Assembly: GCA_041891055.1 (NCBI GenBank) | Contig: CP169074.1 | Span: 1,280,001-1,344,000 of the forward strand | Direction: 5' to 3' | DNA: 64,000 bases | DNA from: Halorutilales archaeon Cl-col2-1 | Lineage (GTDB): Archaea; Halobacteriota; Halobacteria; Halobacteriales; Afararchaeaceae | In this document: positions 10,487 through 20,403 of the stretch, piece by piece | How positions within the stretch are numbered: position 1 is the stretch's first letter | Layout of the letters: each line of letters begins with the position of its first letter | Made by a program: the position numbers and the translations under genes | The notes under the pieces: generated by a model | Seen by the model: the letters and a program-made list of their open reading frames with translations, nothing else | Told to the model about the DNA's origin: nothing | Databases searched by the model: none

Positions 10487-10643
10487 GGAGTTTTTATATA
10501 GTCCATCTATTAATGTTCTTGGTGTATCACACTTGATATAATAGATCAACTATTTTCTGACTATGTTGGGATATTGGAAGTTTTAGTCTGCTTGTTTAAT
10601 ATACATGATGATTTTACGATATTTGTCAGAATAATTTATTTTA

Positions 10644-12659
10644 TCAACGGTGTATCGATCGCGTCAGAGTGAATACAAATACTGCAATCAAGAATGCTCC
10701 GATAAAGCCCTCTATTGAACTTAGTAACTGGGGCAAAAGCTCCGTATCAACAGGACTTGACCCGAGTATGAAAGTTATAAAAGATTGGGTACTCAGTAAC
10801 AAGTATCCAAAGGTTCCTTCTGAGGTAGGAGGAGCGTCTACCATCCAGTACAGGACTGCAAATAGGAATATAGTTGTAACGGAGAATATTACTGGTCTCT
10901 TCGGTCTCTCGCCATAACCTGCTATGATCCCAAGCGTCGCATTACTCAACCATTGATAACTCGCTTTCCAAACAGGTTTTTTCTCTCGGGATCCCCGTTT
11001 ACGTTGCGGAGATAGATGAGAAACTATATCCAGTAAAGAACAACCTACACCAATCCAAGGCGCTAATATATACTCTACAACTGAGTCGGGACTTTCGATC
11101 AAAACTTCTGACAAACGCTGTTTAGCCGAGATTGTGTGTTCTCTTCGTCGACATTTCATCTCATGTACGAAAAACTCAGATGCGGCTTTATTATGTCCTG
11201 CTTCAGTAGCACCGCTTTTTGCCCGAAGATAAGTTTCTTCAAGGGATTCGTATTTCTGAAGTTCATCACATTCTTGAGTTTCATCTTCAGTAGGCCAATC
11301 TTCCACGAGTCTGTCAAGTTTCCAGTCCGGCTTAAGATATATATCGTGAGCAGTAAAATCAAAACCTTCAAAATCAGTTCTTGAAATTCGAATATATGAA
11401 AACAAGTCTTGAGGAGCTCCGCTTACACCTTTTATAGAGACTTTCCCAATCGAAGCTTCTGTCATATCATAATAAGTTGGGTTTTCATCTATCTCAATAA
11501 CCCCAGAAGAAAGAGTTGCTCCTTTTAGAGAGACAACGTCATTTGGTACCTTTAGCTTTCTTAGTTCGACAAAATCTGAGAAATCGGCACCAGTAAAAGT
11601 AACTCCATCCTCAATGTGAGTCTGTATTATTCTGACCATGCCGTTAAAGGTCGCATATTCACAATCGAGACTTCCTCCGAACGTTGTAGCAAGCATCTCA
11701 ACTTTTGACCCGAAATTACTGTTCCACAAAACTACGTCTTCTTTGAATGTAGTGTAATTAAAGATGGCGGCAGTTCTGTACTCTCCTTGGAATTGAGCAT
11801 GACCTTCTATAGTTGCTTTGCTGAAGTCCGCTTTGTCATCAAAGGTAGCCCATATCTCTGCGTCTTCTTCGAACTCTGCATAATTAAACATACCAACATC
11901 CTCAAACTTTGCTCCATTAAAAGAAACATTAGACTCAAACCTCGCGTTTTTGAAGTCTACTGTGTTTCCAAAGTGAGCCTGATTAAAGTTAATTGTTGCA
12001 TCCAAACTTACGTACCTATTCGACGCAATGCCTGTCTCAGAATCATCCTCTTCTACTCTAGAACAGAAAACCGCGCCTTCAGCATTTACTGGTGGCTCAA
12101 AATAAGTACCCTTGCATTCTAACTCGTCGTAAATCCTTACCAACCGGAGATCCAATTCTTCGTTATCATGAGATTCAATACGCTCCTCGGACAAGCATAA
12201 GCTTCGAAAGCTAGCTCCAATGAACATCTTTTGTTGATTCCCACTAGCATCAACTGCTTTCAAGAACTTATTATCGATATCTTCTGGTTTAACACCCACT
12301 TCCTGATATCTTTCAGGTTTAAGGTGGAAATAACAGTAATCTTCTCCATTTACTTTTTCATGAGGACACTGATCTGGAATCCATTCATTTTCGGTTTCCC
12401 ATACAGTAGCTGCTTTCGCAACTGATACATCTACGTTCGGATTCTTTGATAAAGAGACACCATCTACTGATTCGCCTATGGTCTTAACCGCAAGCTCTGA
12501 TGGATCCTCGTCAACTATTGAGCTTATCTCTTCAATACGTTCTTGTGTATTTGTGCTCTCAACCTTACGAAGGTAAGTCTCTAGATCCCAAGCACGGCCA
12601 ATATAGGATTGAACACGTTGATACCAATCTTCAGAGTCAAAGAAGGAACACTCAGTCAT
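10644..12659 (-). CDS. Pentapeptide-repeat protein with C-terminal membrane (two-TM channel-like) domain
   Basis: YCYFH N-terminal motif, F..A.F repeats, GYGERPKR followed by TM helices. Confidence 0.85.
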   Translation of the reverse strand: MTECSFFDSEDWYQRVQSYIGRAWDLETYLRKVESTNTQERIEEISSIVDEDPSELAVKTIGESVDGVSLSKNPNVDVSVAKAATVWETENEWIPDQCPHEKVNGEDYCYFHLKPERYQEVGVKPEDIDNKFLKAVDASGNQQKMFIGASFRSLCLSEERIESHDNEELDLRLVRIYDELECKGTYFEPPVNAEGAVFCSRVEEDDSETGIASNRYVSLDATINFNQAHFGNTVDFKNARFESNVSFNGAKFEDVGMFNYAEFEEDAEIWATFDDKADFSKATIEGHAQFQGEYRTAAIFNYTTFKEDVVLWNSNFGSKVEMLATTFGGSLDCEYATFNGMVRIIQTHIEDGVTFTGADFSDFVELRKLKVPNDVVSLKGATLSSGVIEIDENPTYYDMTEASIGKVSIKGVSGAPQDLFSYIRISRTDFEGFDFTAHDIYLKPDWKLDRLVEDWPTEDETQECDELQKYESLEETYLRAKSGATEAGHNKAASEFFVHEMKCRRREHTISAKQRLSEVLIESPDSVVEYILAPWIGVGCSLLDIVSHLSPQRKRGSREKKPVWKASYQWLSNATLGIIAGYGERPKRPVIFSVTTIFLFAVLYWMVDAPPTSEGTFGYLLLSTQSFITFILGSSPVDTELLPQLLSSIEGFIGAFLIAVFVFTLTRSIHR

Positions 12660-12740
12660 TTACATATGAATTAGTGACGTTATATAAAAAACAACTGGGA
12701 TGGTTTTTTTAATTGGCATTCACTAGAATGTACACACACA

Positions 12741-12962
12741 ATGCAACATGGATGGGTTCGATTTCTCAGCAAGCGTGAAGCATATGGTTTCATTAAGAGA
12801 AAAGAATACGGTCAGGATGTCTTTGTTCACCGTGCGGACGTAAAAAAAGGTAATCTATCGAGAGGAGCAAGAGTTGAATTCAAGGTTACTTCAACTGGAA
12901 GAGGACCGAGAGCTCGAAAAGTAAACGTGATAGAGGAAGGAGAATTCAAAACTAACAAATGA
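12741..12962 (+). CDS. Cold-shock domain protein
   Basis: GWVRF, YGFI (RNP1) and DVFVH (RNP2) motifs, GPRA. Confidence 0.85.
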   Translation: MQHGWVRFLSKREAYGFIKRKEYGQDVFVHRADVKKGNLSRGARVEFKVTSTGRGPRARKVNVIEEGEFKTNK

Positions 12963-13705
12963 CAAATATAACTGTAATAATCCAGGCTAGAGTAGGATCT
13001 AGTCGACTTCCAGGAAAAGTAATGTATCCCCTTGACGGACAACCAGTTCTCAAACACGTTGTTAAGAGAACAGCCTCTTCCGATGACGTGACTGAGATCG
13101 TAGTCGCAACCTCAAAGCAACCTCAGGACGATGTTATTGAGCAGTACGCACCAGAATTCGGAGCTGAGGTAATAAGAGGAAGCGAAACTAACGTACTTAG
13201 TAGATTTGAATATGGTGTTGAAAAATATGAGTCAGACATCGTTGTTCGAGTGACCGGAGACTGTCCCCTCATTTCCCCTCAGTTTCTTGATCAGAGTATC
13301 GAAATAATTCAGACAAAGGATATAGACTACGTCTGTGCAAGTCTAGATAGGACATTTCCTCGTGGAATAACTTGTGAAACGTTTACCACCGATTCATTCA
13401 ATAGAGTAAGCTCGGAATCAAGTAAACCAAGACACAGAGAACATGTAACACCATATTATCGAGAAAATCCGAACAAATTCAGTTTATATAATATTGAGTC
13501 AAGCGAACTCTTTGATCAAGAATGGCTGCAAAACCGTACTGATCTTCGACTCACTCTTGACGAACCATCTGACTACCATTTATTTGAAAAAATATATAGA
13601 GAGATTGAATACAATGACATTCTAAAAGTCAAGGATGCAATTCGATATATCGATCAACAAAATCTCTCAGAGATCAACGAAAACGTAGATCAAAAGACAA
13701 TCTAG
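12959..13705 (+). CDS. SpsF-like acylneuraminate/sugar cytidylyltransferase family protein
   Basis: IIQARVGSSRLPGKV, RGSE..VL.RF, RVTGDCP, REHVT and RLTLD motifs. Confidence 0.88.
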   Translation: MTNITVIIQARVGSSRLPGKVMYPLDGQPVLKHVVKRTASSDDVTEIVVATSKQPQDDVIEQYAPEFGAEVIRGSETNVLSRFEYGVEKYESDIVVRVTGDCPLISPQFLDQSIEIIQTKDIDYVCASLDRTFPRGITCETFTTDSFNRVSSESSKPRHREHVTPYYRENPNKFSLYNIESSELFDQEWLQNRTDLRLTLDEPSDYHLFEKIYREIEYNDILKVKDAIRYIDQQNLSEINENVDQKTI

Positions 13706-13816
13706 TCCAGTTCTGTTGGATCATTAGGATGATTGGTATTGATGTGATTAGTTACAAAATCCTGATCTGAATTGACCTGCAACTACAGTATCTTAACTGA
13801 TGGTTTTGATGAATAG

Positions 13817-14015
13817 GGCTTTGGTGAATCGCCATACGCAGCTTGATCTACTGTTTTACCGCATGTTTGATGTTGTAGACAGAGCAGATCAAGACGAGTT
13901 CACGAAATTCTCTGTACCAGGCACGCGCATGCTCGGCACAGCCGTGCGTGCGCTTGATGTTTGAGAAGACGGTTTCAGACATAGATCTTTGACCGTAGAG
14001 AGCCCCATCGATTCT
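13817..14015 (-). mobile_element. IS5 right-end fragment (transposase C-terminus plus TIR)
   Basis: TIR GGCTTTGGTGAATC at 13817; encodes GQRSMSETVFSNIKR...WYREFRELVL; highly similar to 19287-19530. Confidence 0.85.
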
Positions 14016-14111
14016 GGTGTCGCAAATCTGAGATTTGCGTACATCCAAAAATCGGAGATTCTTGGGAAGATTACTTTGAAAAATCTGGAGACCAATAGGT
14101 AATTCAAAGCG

Positions 14112-15454
14112 ATGGCGAACCCGAACGACACCCGTAATCTCAGCGACCAACTCGAACGCCAGTTTGAGTTGCTTGAACAGGCTGACGTAGATGAAAGCGA
14201 CCGAGAGGCTATCAGAGCCTTTGCAGAAAAACGAGCCTCTGAACTCACCACAGGTTCGCTCACAACGTACCTTAGTCGTCTCAGAAAGAGTGCTGGGCGG
14301 GCGGTCGGTGGTGACTCCACTCCCAGACGACCAAGACACACCGGAAAAAGTCGATGGTCGCCCCCTCCCGACTGACGAAGACGGAAACACCGTAAACCCA
14401 GTTGATAAACCTCTGTTGGCGTTCGAACATGACCGCGATGTATCGAAACTCCAGAAACTCCACGGGGCACATGGCACCCATAGCACGGATAGTCTGAACA
14501 CCCATACCAGTGCCCTGTCTCAATTCTTTGAATGGCTGTACCGACATGCGAACCCGAGTTATGACTGGCTGGAAGACCGAGACCAGTACCGATTCTACGC
14601 CCACATTCCTCGGGTCAAAGACGCAGACAACGACGAAAGCAGCGTTCAGCCAAGAGACATCCCGACTATGGAGGAAGTTGCGGCGATGGAAGAAGCCGCG
14701 CCTAACTACCGTGATGCTGCTATTGTTGCTTTCATGGGTAAAGTGGGACACCGCGTTCAACTCACGACTCAAACCAAGCGCGGTGACGTTGACCTTCAGG
14801 GATTTCAAGGAGAGCCAACGTTTCGACCGAACGACCAAGAGAGCGGTCAGAAGGACACTCCAGTAAAGGACTATTTGCTCCGGGACTCGAAGCGACTCCT
14901 GCGAGAATGGCTGAATCATCACCCAGACGACCACGACGAGGCACCAGTCTTTGCCAGACTTCGAGGATATACCCGAGAAGACGGTGCCATTCATCCAAGC
15001 ACGGTCGCTGGTAGACTGGAAAAGTGTGCGGAACGTGCCGCTGAAATGTTCCCAGACCGTGCCGCTGACATCAAAGAACGGGACATACGGCCCCACATTA
15101 TGCGCTACCATGCCGCGCTTCGGATGCGAACAGATAGACAATTCCGACGAACCCCAGCGACAGTTCAATGTCCTGTACCGTGACGAAGATGGCACCGACG
15201 GAACTCCAGACGAACCTACGTAGAGAGAATGCCAAGACTGCGGAAATATGGTGCCAGCCAACAAGCAATACTGTGGGGATTGTGGGCGAGATGTAACTAT
15301 CGCCCCGGAGAGGGTCGAAATGGTCAAAGAGAACGTCCGACAGAACTTCCAGACGCTTCTTGCAGAAGCGGACAGAGAGACAGTTGAGGAAGTCACAAGG
15401 GACGTATTCAGGTCTGCGGTTGACTATATTGACAGGATTGAGGAAACTGACTAA
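14112..15454 (+). pseudogene. Tyrosine integrase (haloarchaeal provirus type with C-terminal Zn ribbon), frameshifted
   Basis: Pieces in several frames: NYRDAAIV..GHR, IRPHIMR, then CQDCG..YCGDCG. The catalytic Tyr region appears deleted. Confidence 0.75.
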
Positions 15455-15710
15455 TTGTAGGGAAACTGATTTGTCTGTGGGGCGATAATACCGGCGTGAC
15501 GCCCTCGGTTCCACTAAGGCGTCTCCCGGTTGCCCCTGAGATTCTACCACCATGCTTTCACTTGATTAGCGGAAGGTTCGCGCCGGTGTGACCCGGCTAC
15601 GGACTGAGATTGCCGGTCGACTTGTACCCGATGGAAGGACCGACTGCGTTTGCTCCGGTTGGGCTGGGAGCTGTCCTGTCGTATTTAGAAGCCGCCCGAC
15701 AGGAGGCGGA

Positions 15711-15757
15711 TGCTCCGGCCCGGAGTCGAACCGGGATCCGTCCAACAACGCCGGAGT
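15711..15757 (-). ncRNA. tRNA-like mini-element (acceptor stem plus T-arm; no D or anticodon arm)
   Basis: Minus strand reads ACTCCGG-CGTTGTTGGACGGAT-CCCGG TTCGACT CCGGG-CCGGAGC-A. Confidence 0.55.
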
Positions 15758-16321
15758 TAGAGTGATCCGTTCATTTGTGCCGGACCGGTTGGAACCTGAC
15801 CCGTGGTGTCTTGGTCTTGCTCAGGCTCTCGGTCTATGTTCCGTCGTCCTTCCCCCCGTTCACGCCGGGTTTCTGAACGTGTTGTCTCGTATTCGAGGAG
15901 CCGAATCGGGTTTAAGTTATGATTCAGTTTTCAGCGCGTATTACTAACGCTGATTTACGTTATCCGCCGGATGCAGGGTGTAAATTGATGTTACTAATAC
16001 CGATTCAATCCGAGTTCCTTCAAGCGATTAACGAAGTTTACACCGAAATTCGAGTCTCGTATCCCATGAACCAACAATCGACAGTAGGCGATCGAATGAT
16101 GGTGTTACTAATACTGGATTAACGGTCACTAACAATCTGGCTAAAATCCGGGTTCGCTGGGTACAGAGTACATGGCATTCATACCCACTACTACCCCCTC
16201 CCCGACTCGGACTCCCGCGTTAGTGTAGGGCTGCCGCGAGTCGTTGGCGGAGGTCTCCGCCGGGAAGGTGCGTGAGAGAGGTCAGTGACAGTGGGATAGC
16301 ACAGGTGGACACACCGGTACA

Positions 16322-16639
16322 CTACGTCGAAGACACTTTGTAGGCTGTGTATCCCGAATCCAGTCGTGGTAGTTCCTCCTCGATTCGATAGGTTCGTCCA
16401 TCATCTTTGTACTCGACAGTATCTCCCACTTGTACGGTTACTTCGTCGTCAATTCGCATCACCTCATCTGCAAGCAGCACCTCCGTTTTTATGATCCCAT
16501 CATCGTCTGAATGAATGACCACTGGTAATCCAAACTGGAGGACTGAATCTCTCCACATCGGGTCTTCCCACTCCTTGTCCTCCCAGTAGTCGTTCGTCGC
16601 ATCAGGTCTGTCGTACTCCTCACACACCTCATTAGCCAC
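16322..16639 (-). CDS. Hypothetical acidic protein
   Basis: 105-aa D/E-rich ORF downstream of the macrodomain remnant. Confidence 0.55.
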   Translation of the reverse strand: MANEVCEEYDRPDATNDYWEDKEWEDPMWRDSVLQFGLPVVIHSDDDGIIKTEVLLADEVMRIDDEVTVQVGDTVEYKDDGRTYRIEEELPRLDSGYTAYKVSST

Positions 16640-17149
16640 GTCCCATACCAGATCAGTGTGATATGCGTTTCATCAAGCACCTCGTCACTCTCGCTCACGA
16701 CGAGTACCGTGGTCAGTGTCGTCGGTTCGAACTCCAGTATTTCCTCCAGCATACAGGTGGCCCTTCGTTCGAGCGCCGGACTATCCACCGAACTCGGTGC
16801 CTTCCCAAGTACTGGCAAGGCTATCGATTCACAACCACAGGCATCTGCCGTATTGAGAGTGCTTGTAGTCGCGTCACGTACTGCTGATTCGCTCACGTCA
16901 CCGGTCGGCTCTCGGATGGCGGCGTGGATGACATACTACGCATCAAGCGCATACGCACCTGTCTCAACCGCCTTCACCCAGACCAATCGGGGCTTTCTCG
17001 TCACACTCCACCTGTATCTCTGTCACTCCTGTGGCTTGCTTCAGTGCTCTCGGATCCCCTCTGTCCGGCTTGAGAGTAGTGGTTGCACCCGTTACCAGCG
17101 CGTCCACCTCCCTTGATGTAGTATTTCCCTGTACTACGTCGAACTCCAT
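16640..17149 (-). pseudogene. Macrodomain (Appr-1-p / ADP-ribose-binding) protein, disrupted
   Basis: MEFDVVQGN..VDALV..APIGLGE, then a frameshift and stop, YVIHAA, then ESIALPVLG. The 3' boundary is approximate. Confidence 0.75.
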
Positions 17150-17200
17150 ACGATTGGTCTCGCACCTCGGAAAGTAGTGATTTGGGTCACACGCTCTGTG

Positions 17201-19249
17201 TTATCGTGCTGCCCTTCGACCGAGGATGAACACGAGCAGGGCAAGCATCACTGCTCCAAAGCCTGTCTCAAGCGTCGTCAACAGTCGTCCGAGGCCAACC
17301 GGCTGGAAGTCACCGAATCCGAGCGCCGTGTACGTCAGTGTCGAGTAGTAGACCGAGTTGAGAATCTCGATAGGGTTGGACACAATCTGTGCGTAGGTAA
17401 TCGGGTCACTGTCTGCCGGTTTCATCCATCCTCCGAGCGGATACAGAAGTGCGAACGAGAAGATGATACCGAGGCTCCACGCGATGACGCGCCACGGACT
17501 CTCGCCGTAGAGCAGTGTCGCTCGTGCCACCTTCGCTCGACCCCACCGAGCGCCCGCTATGAACTGTTCTTCAAGTGAGGCGTCATTTGCTGTGGCATCA
17601 TCCCAGTAGTCCTGCTTCTGGAGGTCTTGCCGTCGGACAAACGAGCGAGCCTGTAACCGAGGGCGGGCGTGCTTTCCTCCGAGTTCCTCAAACGCTCGGT
17701 AGACGCTTTTCGCTTTATCTATGTCTTCATATTGGTTATTGTCTTCATAGTCAGGGTCATAGACGCAAGTCGAAGGTGAACGGATAGCCGAGAAAGTATG
17801 TGGGGATGTATTGCCGTCATCGGAAGGATGGCCAAGGAGTTTTGTTTTGTCATCAATTCTGGCATCACCCAATAGGGCACCTGAAAGACGACAGCCACTC
17901 ATATCTGCGCCCAGAAGAACAGTCCTGTTTAATTCTGCATTTTCAAAGTTAGATCTGCCTAATTTTGTATTATCGAAAGAACAGCCCGAGCAGTCTGAAC
18001 TACTAAAATTAGCGCCCTCAAAGTTAGTATCTGAGAAGTCTGAGTTAGCCACATCTGACTCTGAGAAATTAGGAGAATTTTGGAAAGTTACAGCTATATC
18101 TTCTGTAGTAGAAAAGTCAGAATCTCTAATATCGGATTTAGAAAACATAGCATCAGACCTAAAAACTGTTTTAGATTTGTCAATATTGGCATCTCCGCCG
18201 AATTGACCTCCTTCACGCATCGTCACTCTTGAAAAATCAGCATCTCCGATAAATTCACATCCGCAAAATTTACCATAGCCTAAATATGACGAGCGGAATT
18301 CTGCCCGTCCATCAAACAACGACTCTGTAAAATCAGCTCTTCCTCTAAACCTTGTATTAGTAAAACAAACAGACCGATTGATAGAACCTCCGTCATTTTC
18401 ACAAAATTCAGATCCTCTGAATGAAGATGAGGAATTGAAATTCGCATTCCTAAAATTGGCCGATTCATTAAAATTTGACCTAAGGAAATTCACTTTATCA
18501 TCAAATTCTGCTTCCTTGAATTTTGCTTTGCAGTTGAATTCGGAAGACGGAAAGTTAGTTCTTAAGTTTACATTTACTTCTCTAAAATCTGCTTCATTTT
18601 GGAAGGTTGCTTTCCCAAAGGCTGCTCCTCTATCAAAAGAGGCCCGATAGAAGTTTGCTTCAGCAAAATATGATTCACGAAACGTGGCTCCTCTGAAAGA
18701 GGTGCGTTCAAATGATGCCCTTCGTTCAAACATTACCTCTCGAAAATATGCACCTTTATTGAAATTGGCACCATCAAAAACAACATCTTCATAAAACTCG
18801 CTGCCATCAAATGATGTTTCATATATAAAACTAGAATAGTTTAGAAACATCTCTATATTTATGCTACAATCCTCTATTCTAACATCGCCCTTGAATTCAG
18901 AACCGATAAAAATAAGCGGAAAATCCGCATTTCCCCCAATTTCTTCTCTTTTTATTATTAAATCATCGAATATACAACCGATAAATTGACCACCTATATA
19001 TTCATATTCGTCTTCCTGGATTACTTTAAATAATTCATCTGACTTATCCTTTTCACTGGGTATTTCATCAAGAGGTAGGTGAAATATACATCTATCTCTA
19101 TTATCCAGTGCTTCAAATGGGCACTCCCAAACGTCTCTGCCGATATTCAACTTATTGAGAATTTTTGGCCAATCTTCAGCGAAGCCACCCCACTCCTGCC
19201 AGTCAGATTGGTCTGCTACAAAAGAGCAGGTGTCTGCCGTGGAACTCAT
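17201..19249 (-). CDS. Pentapeptide-repeat protein with C-terminal K+-channel-like (Ion_trans_2) domain
   Basis: CIFH motif, long F..A.F and A.F..S repeats, YGESPWRV, TM helix, pore-like YYSTLTYTALGFGD, TM helix. Confidence 0.9.
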   Translation of the reverse strand: MSSTADTCSFVADQSDWQEWGGFAEDWPKILNKLNIGRDVWECPFEALDNRDRCIFHLPLDEIPSEKDKSDELFKVIQEDEYEYIGGQFIGCIFDDLIIKREEIGGNADFPLIFIGSEFKGDVRIEDCSINIEMFLNYSSFIYETSFDGSEFYEDVVFDGANFNKGAYFREVMFERRASFERTSFRGATFRESYFAEANFYRASFDRGAAFGKATFQNEADFREVNVNLRTNFPSSEFNCKAKFKEAEFDDKVNFLRSNFNESANFRNANFNSSSSFRGSEFCENDGGSINRSVCFTNTRFRGRADFTESLFDGRAEFRSSYLGYGKFCGCEFIGDADFSRVTMREGGQFGGDANIDKSKTVFRSDAMFSKSDIRDSDFSTTEDIAVTFQNSPNFSESDVANSDFSDTNFEGANFSSSDCSGCSFDNTKLGRSNFENAELNRTVLLGADMSGCRLSGALLGDARIDDKTKLLGHPSDDGNTSPHTFSAIRSPSTCVYDPDYEDNNQYEDIDKAKSVYRAFEELGGKHARPRLQARSFVRRQDLQKQDYWDDATANDASLEEQFIAGARWGRAKVARATLLYGESPWRVIAWSLGIIFSFALLYPLGGWMKPADSDPITYAQIVSNPIEILNSVYYSTLTYTALGFGDFQPVGLGRLLTTLETGFGAVMLALLVFILGRRAAR

Positions 19250-19286
19250 CAGGGGGAGTGTGAACTTCCTGCCAAATATATTTTAT

Positions 19287-20403
19287 GTCTTTGGTGAATC
19301 GCAATACGTAACTTGATTTACTATTTTACAGCATGTTTGATGTTATAGACAGATCAGATCAGAACGAGTTCACGAAATTCTCTGTACCAGGCACGCGCAC
19401 GCACGGCTTCACGAAGCACAGCTTCGTTAGCTGAAAATCTTCGATTTTAAGCAGTGCCGAGCGTGCGCTTGATGTTTGAGAAGACGGTTTCAGACATGGA
19501 TCTTTGACCATAGAAAGACCCATCGATCCTAGTGTCGAAAATCTGAGATTTGCGTACATCCAAAAATCAGAGATTTTTGAATACGTTATGCGCCTGATCG
19601 ATGGGCCGGAACTCACGGTGTTTGATGAGTGGTCTTACGTCTTCTTCTCGTAATTTTTCACGTAGTTTCATCCAGTCATAGCCTTTGTCGGCAGCGAGGG
19701 TATGCAGGTCGCCTGCGTTCCGCAGTGCGACCTGCAAGCCGAGCTGAGTATCATGGCGTTTCTCAGCCGTGCAGTGAAGGTCAAGGACTGCTTGAGTTTC
19801 TGTGTCGACGAGGGCTGTAGCTTTGAGTGTCTGGACACGGTAATTCGTCCTACGGCAGTAGTGTTTGCTAGCGTTTTCTCGGTCGAAGTAAGTAGAGTCC
19901 ATAGCAGTGTGACCGGTGTTGTCGTGTAGTTCCGAGGAGAGACGGAGAAGTACTCGCCATACACCCATCTCTATCCTATCGAATGCTTTGACTAGGGTTG
20001 AATGGTGAGGGAGATCGTCCTCTTCGAGGCCGATCTCCTCAAGAATTCTTGGCATCTCGCTCAACAGATCGAGTGCTTCTCGGTAGGATTTCTCTAAGTA
20101 AATCCGTAGACAGTGGAGAGAAACGATGGCGTAATCCGCGAAGCCGCCACCCTGCTCTGGGGCGGCGGCTTCGCTCCGACCACCAACATCATGAACTCCG
20201 TTCATGAGCCTCAAAGCTCTGCTTTGAGACAGCGTTTTTAGCTAATGTCACGACTCTATCACTGAAGTTAATCGAAGATTCACATGCGTTAGGACACTTG
20301 CGTTCCAAAACGGGAGATTTTGGACATGTCACCGAAAACTTCCCGCTTCATCTCCTTTGCATTAGTGGCTTAACCCAACGCAGTCTAGTGATTCACCAAA
20401 GCT
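19287..20403 (-). mobile_element. Full-length IS5 (ISH9-like) inactivated by four short insertions
   Basis: TIRs GTCTTTGGTGAATC / GATTCACCAAAGC. The transposase MSKISRF..LAKNA..VGGRSEAAAP..MDST..ADKGYD..QRSMSETVF can be rebuilt after removing inserts at ~19408-19455, 19533-19583, 20188-20230 and ~20268-20308. Confidence 0.88.

Noticed and set aside
15670-15710. HDV-like (theta) ribozyme after the tRNA-like element
   Set aside because: GCC-TCCTGTCG-GGC resembles P3/L3, but there is no room for the 5' strands of P1 and P2 and no GG for P1.1.
15711-15757. att-site duplicate of tRNA-Glu or a functional tRNA
   Set aside because: The T-arm sequence differs from the tRNA at 55055-55129, and the D and anticodon arms are absent.
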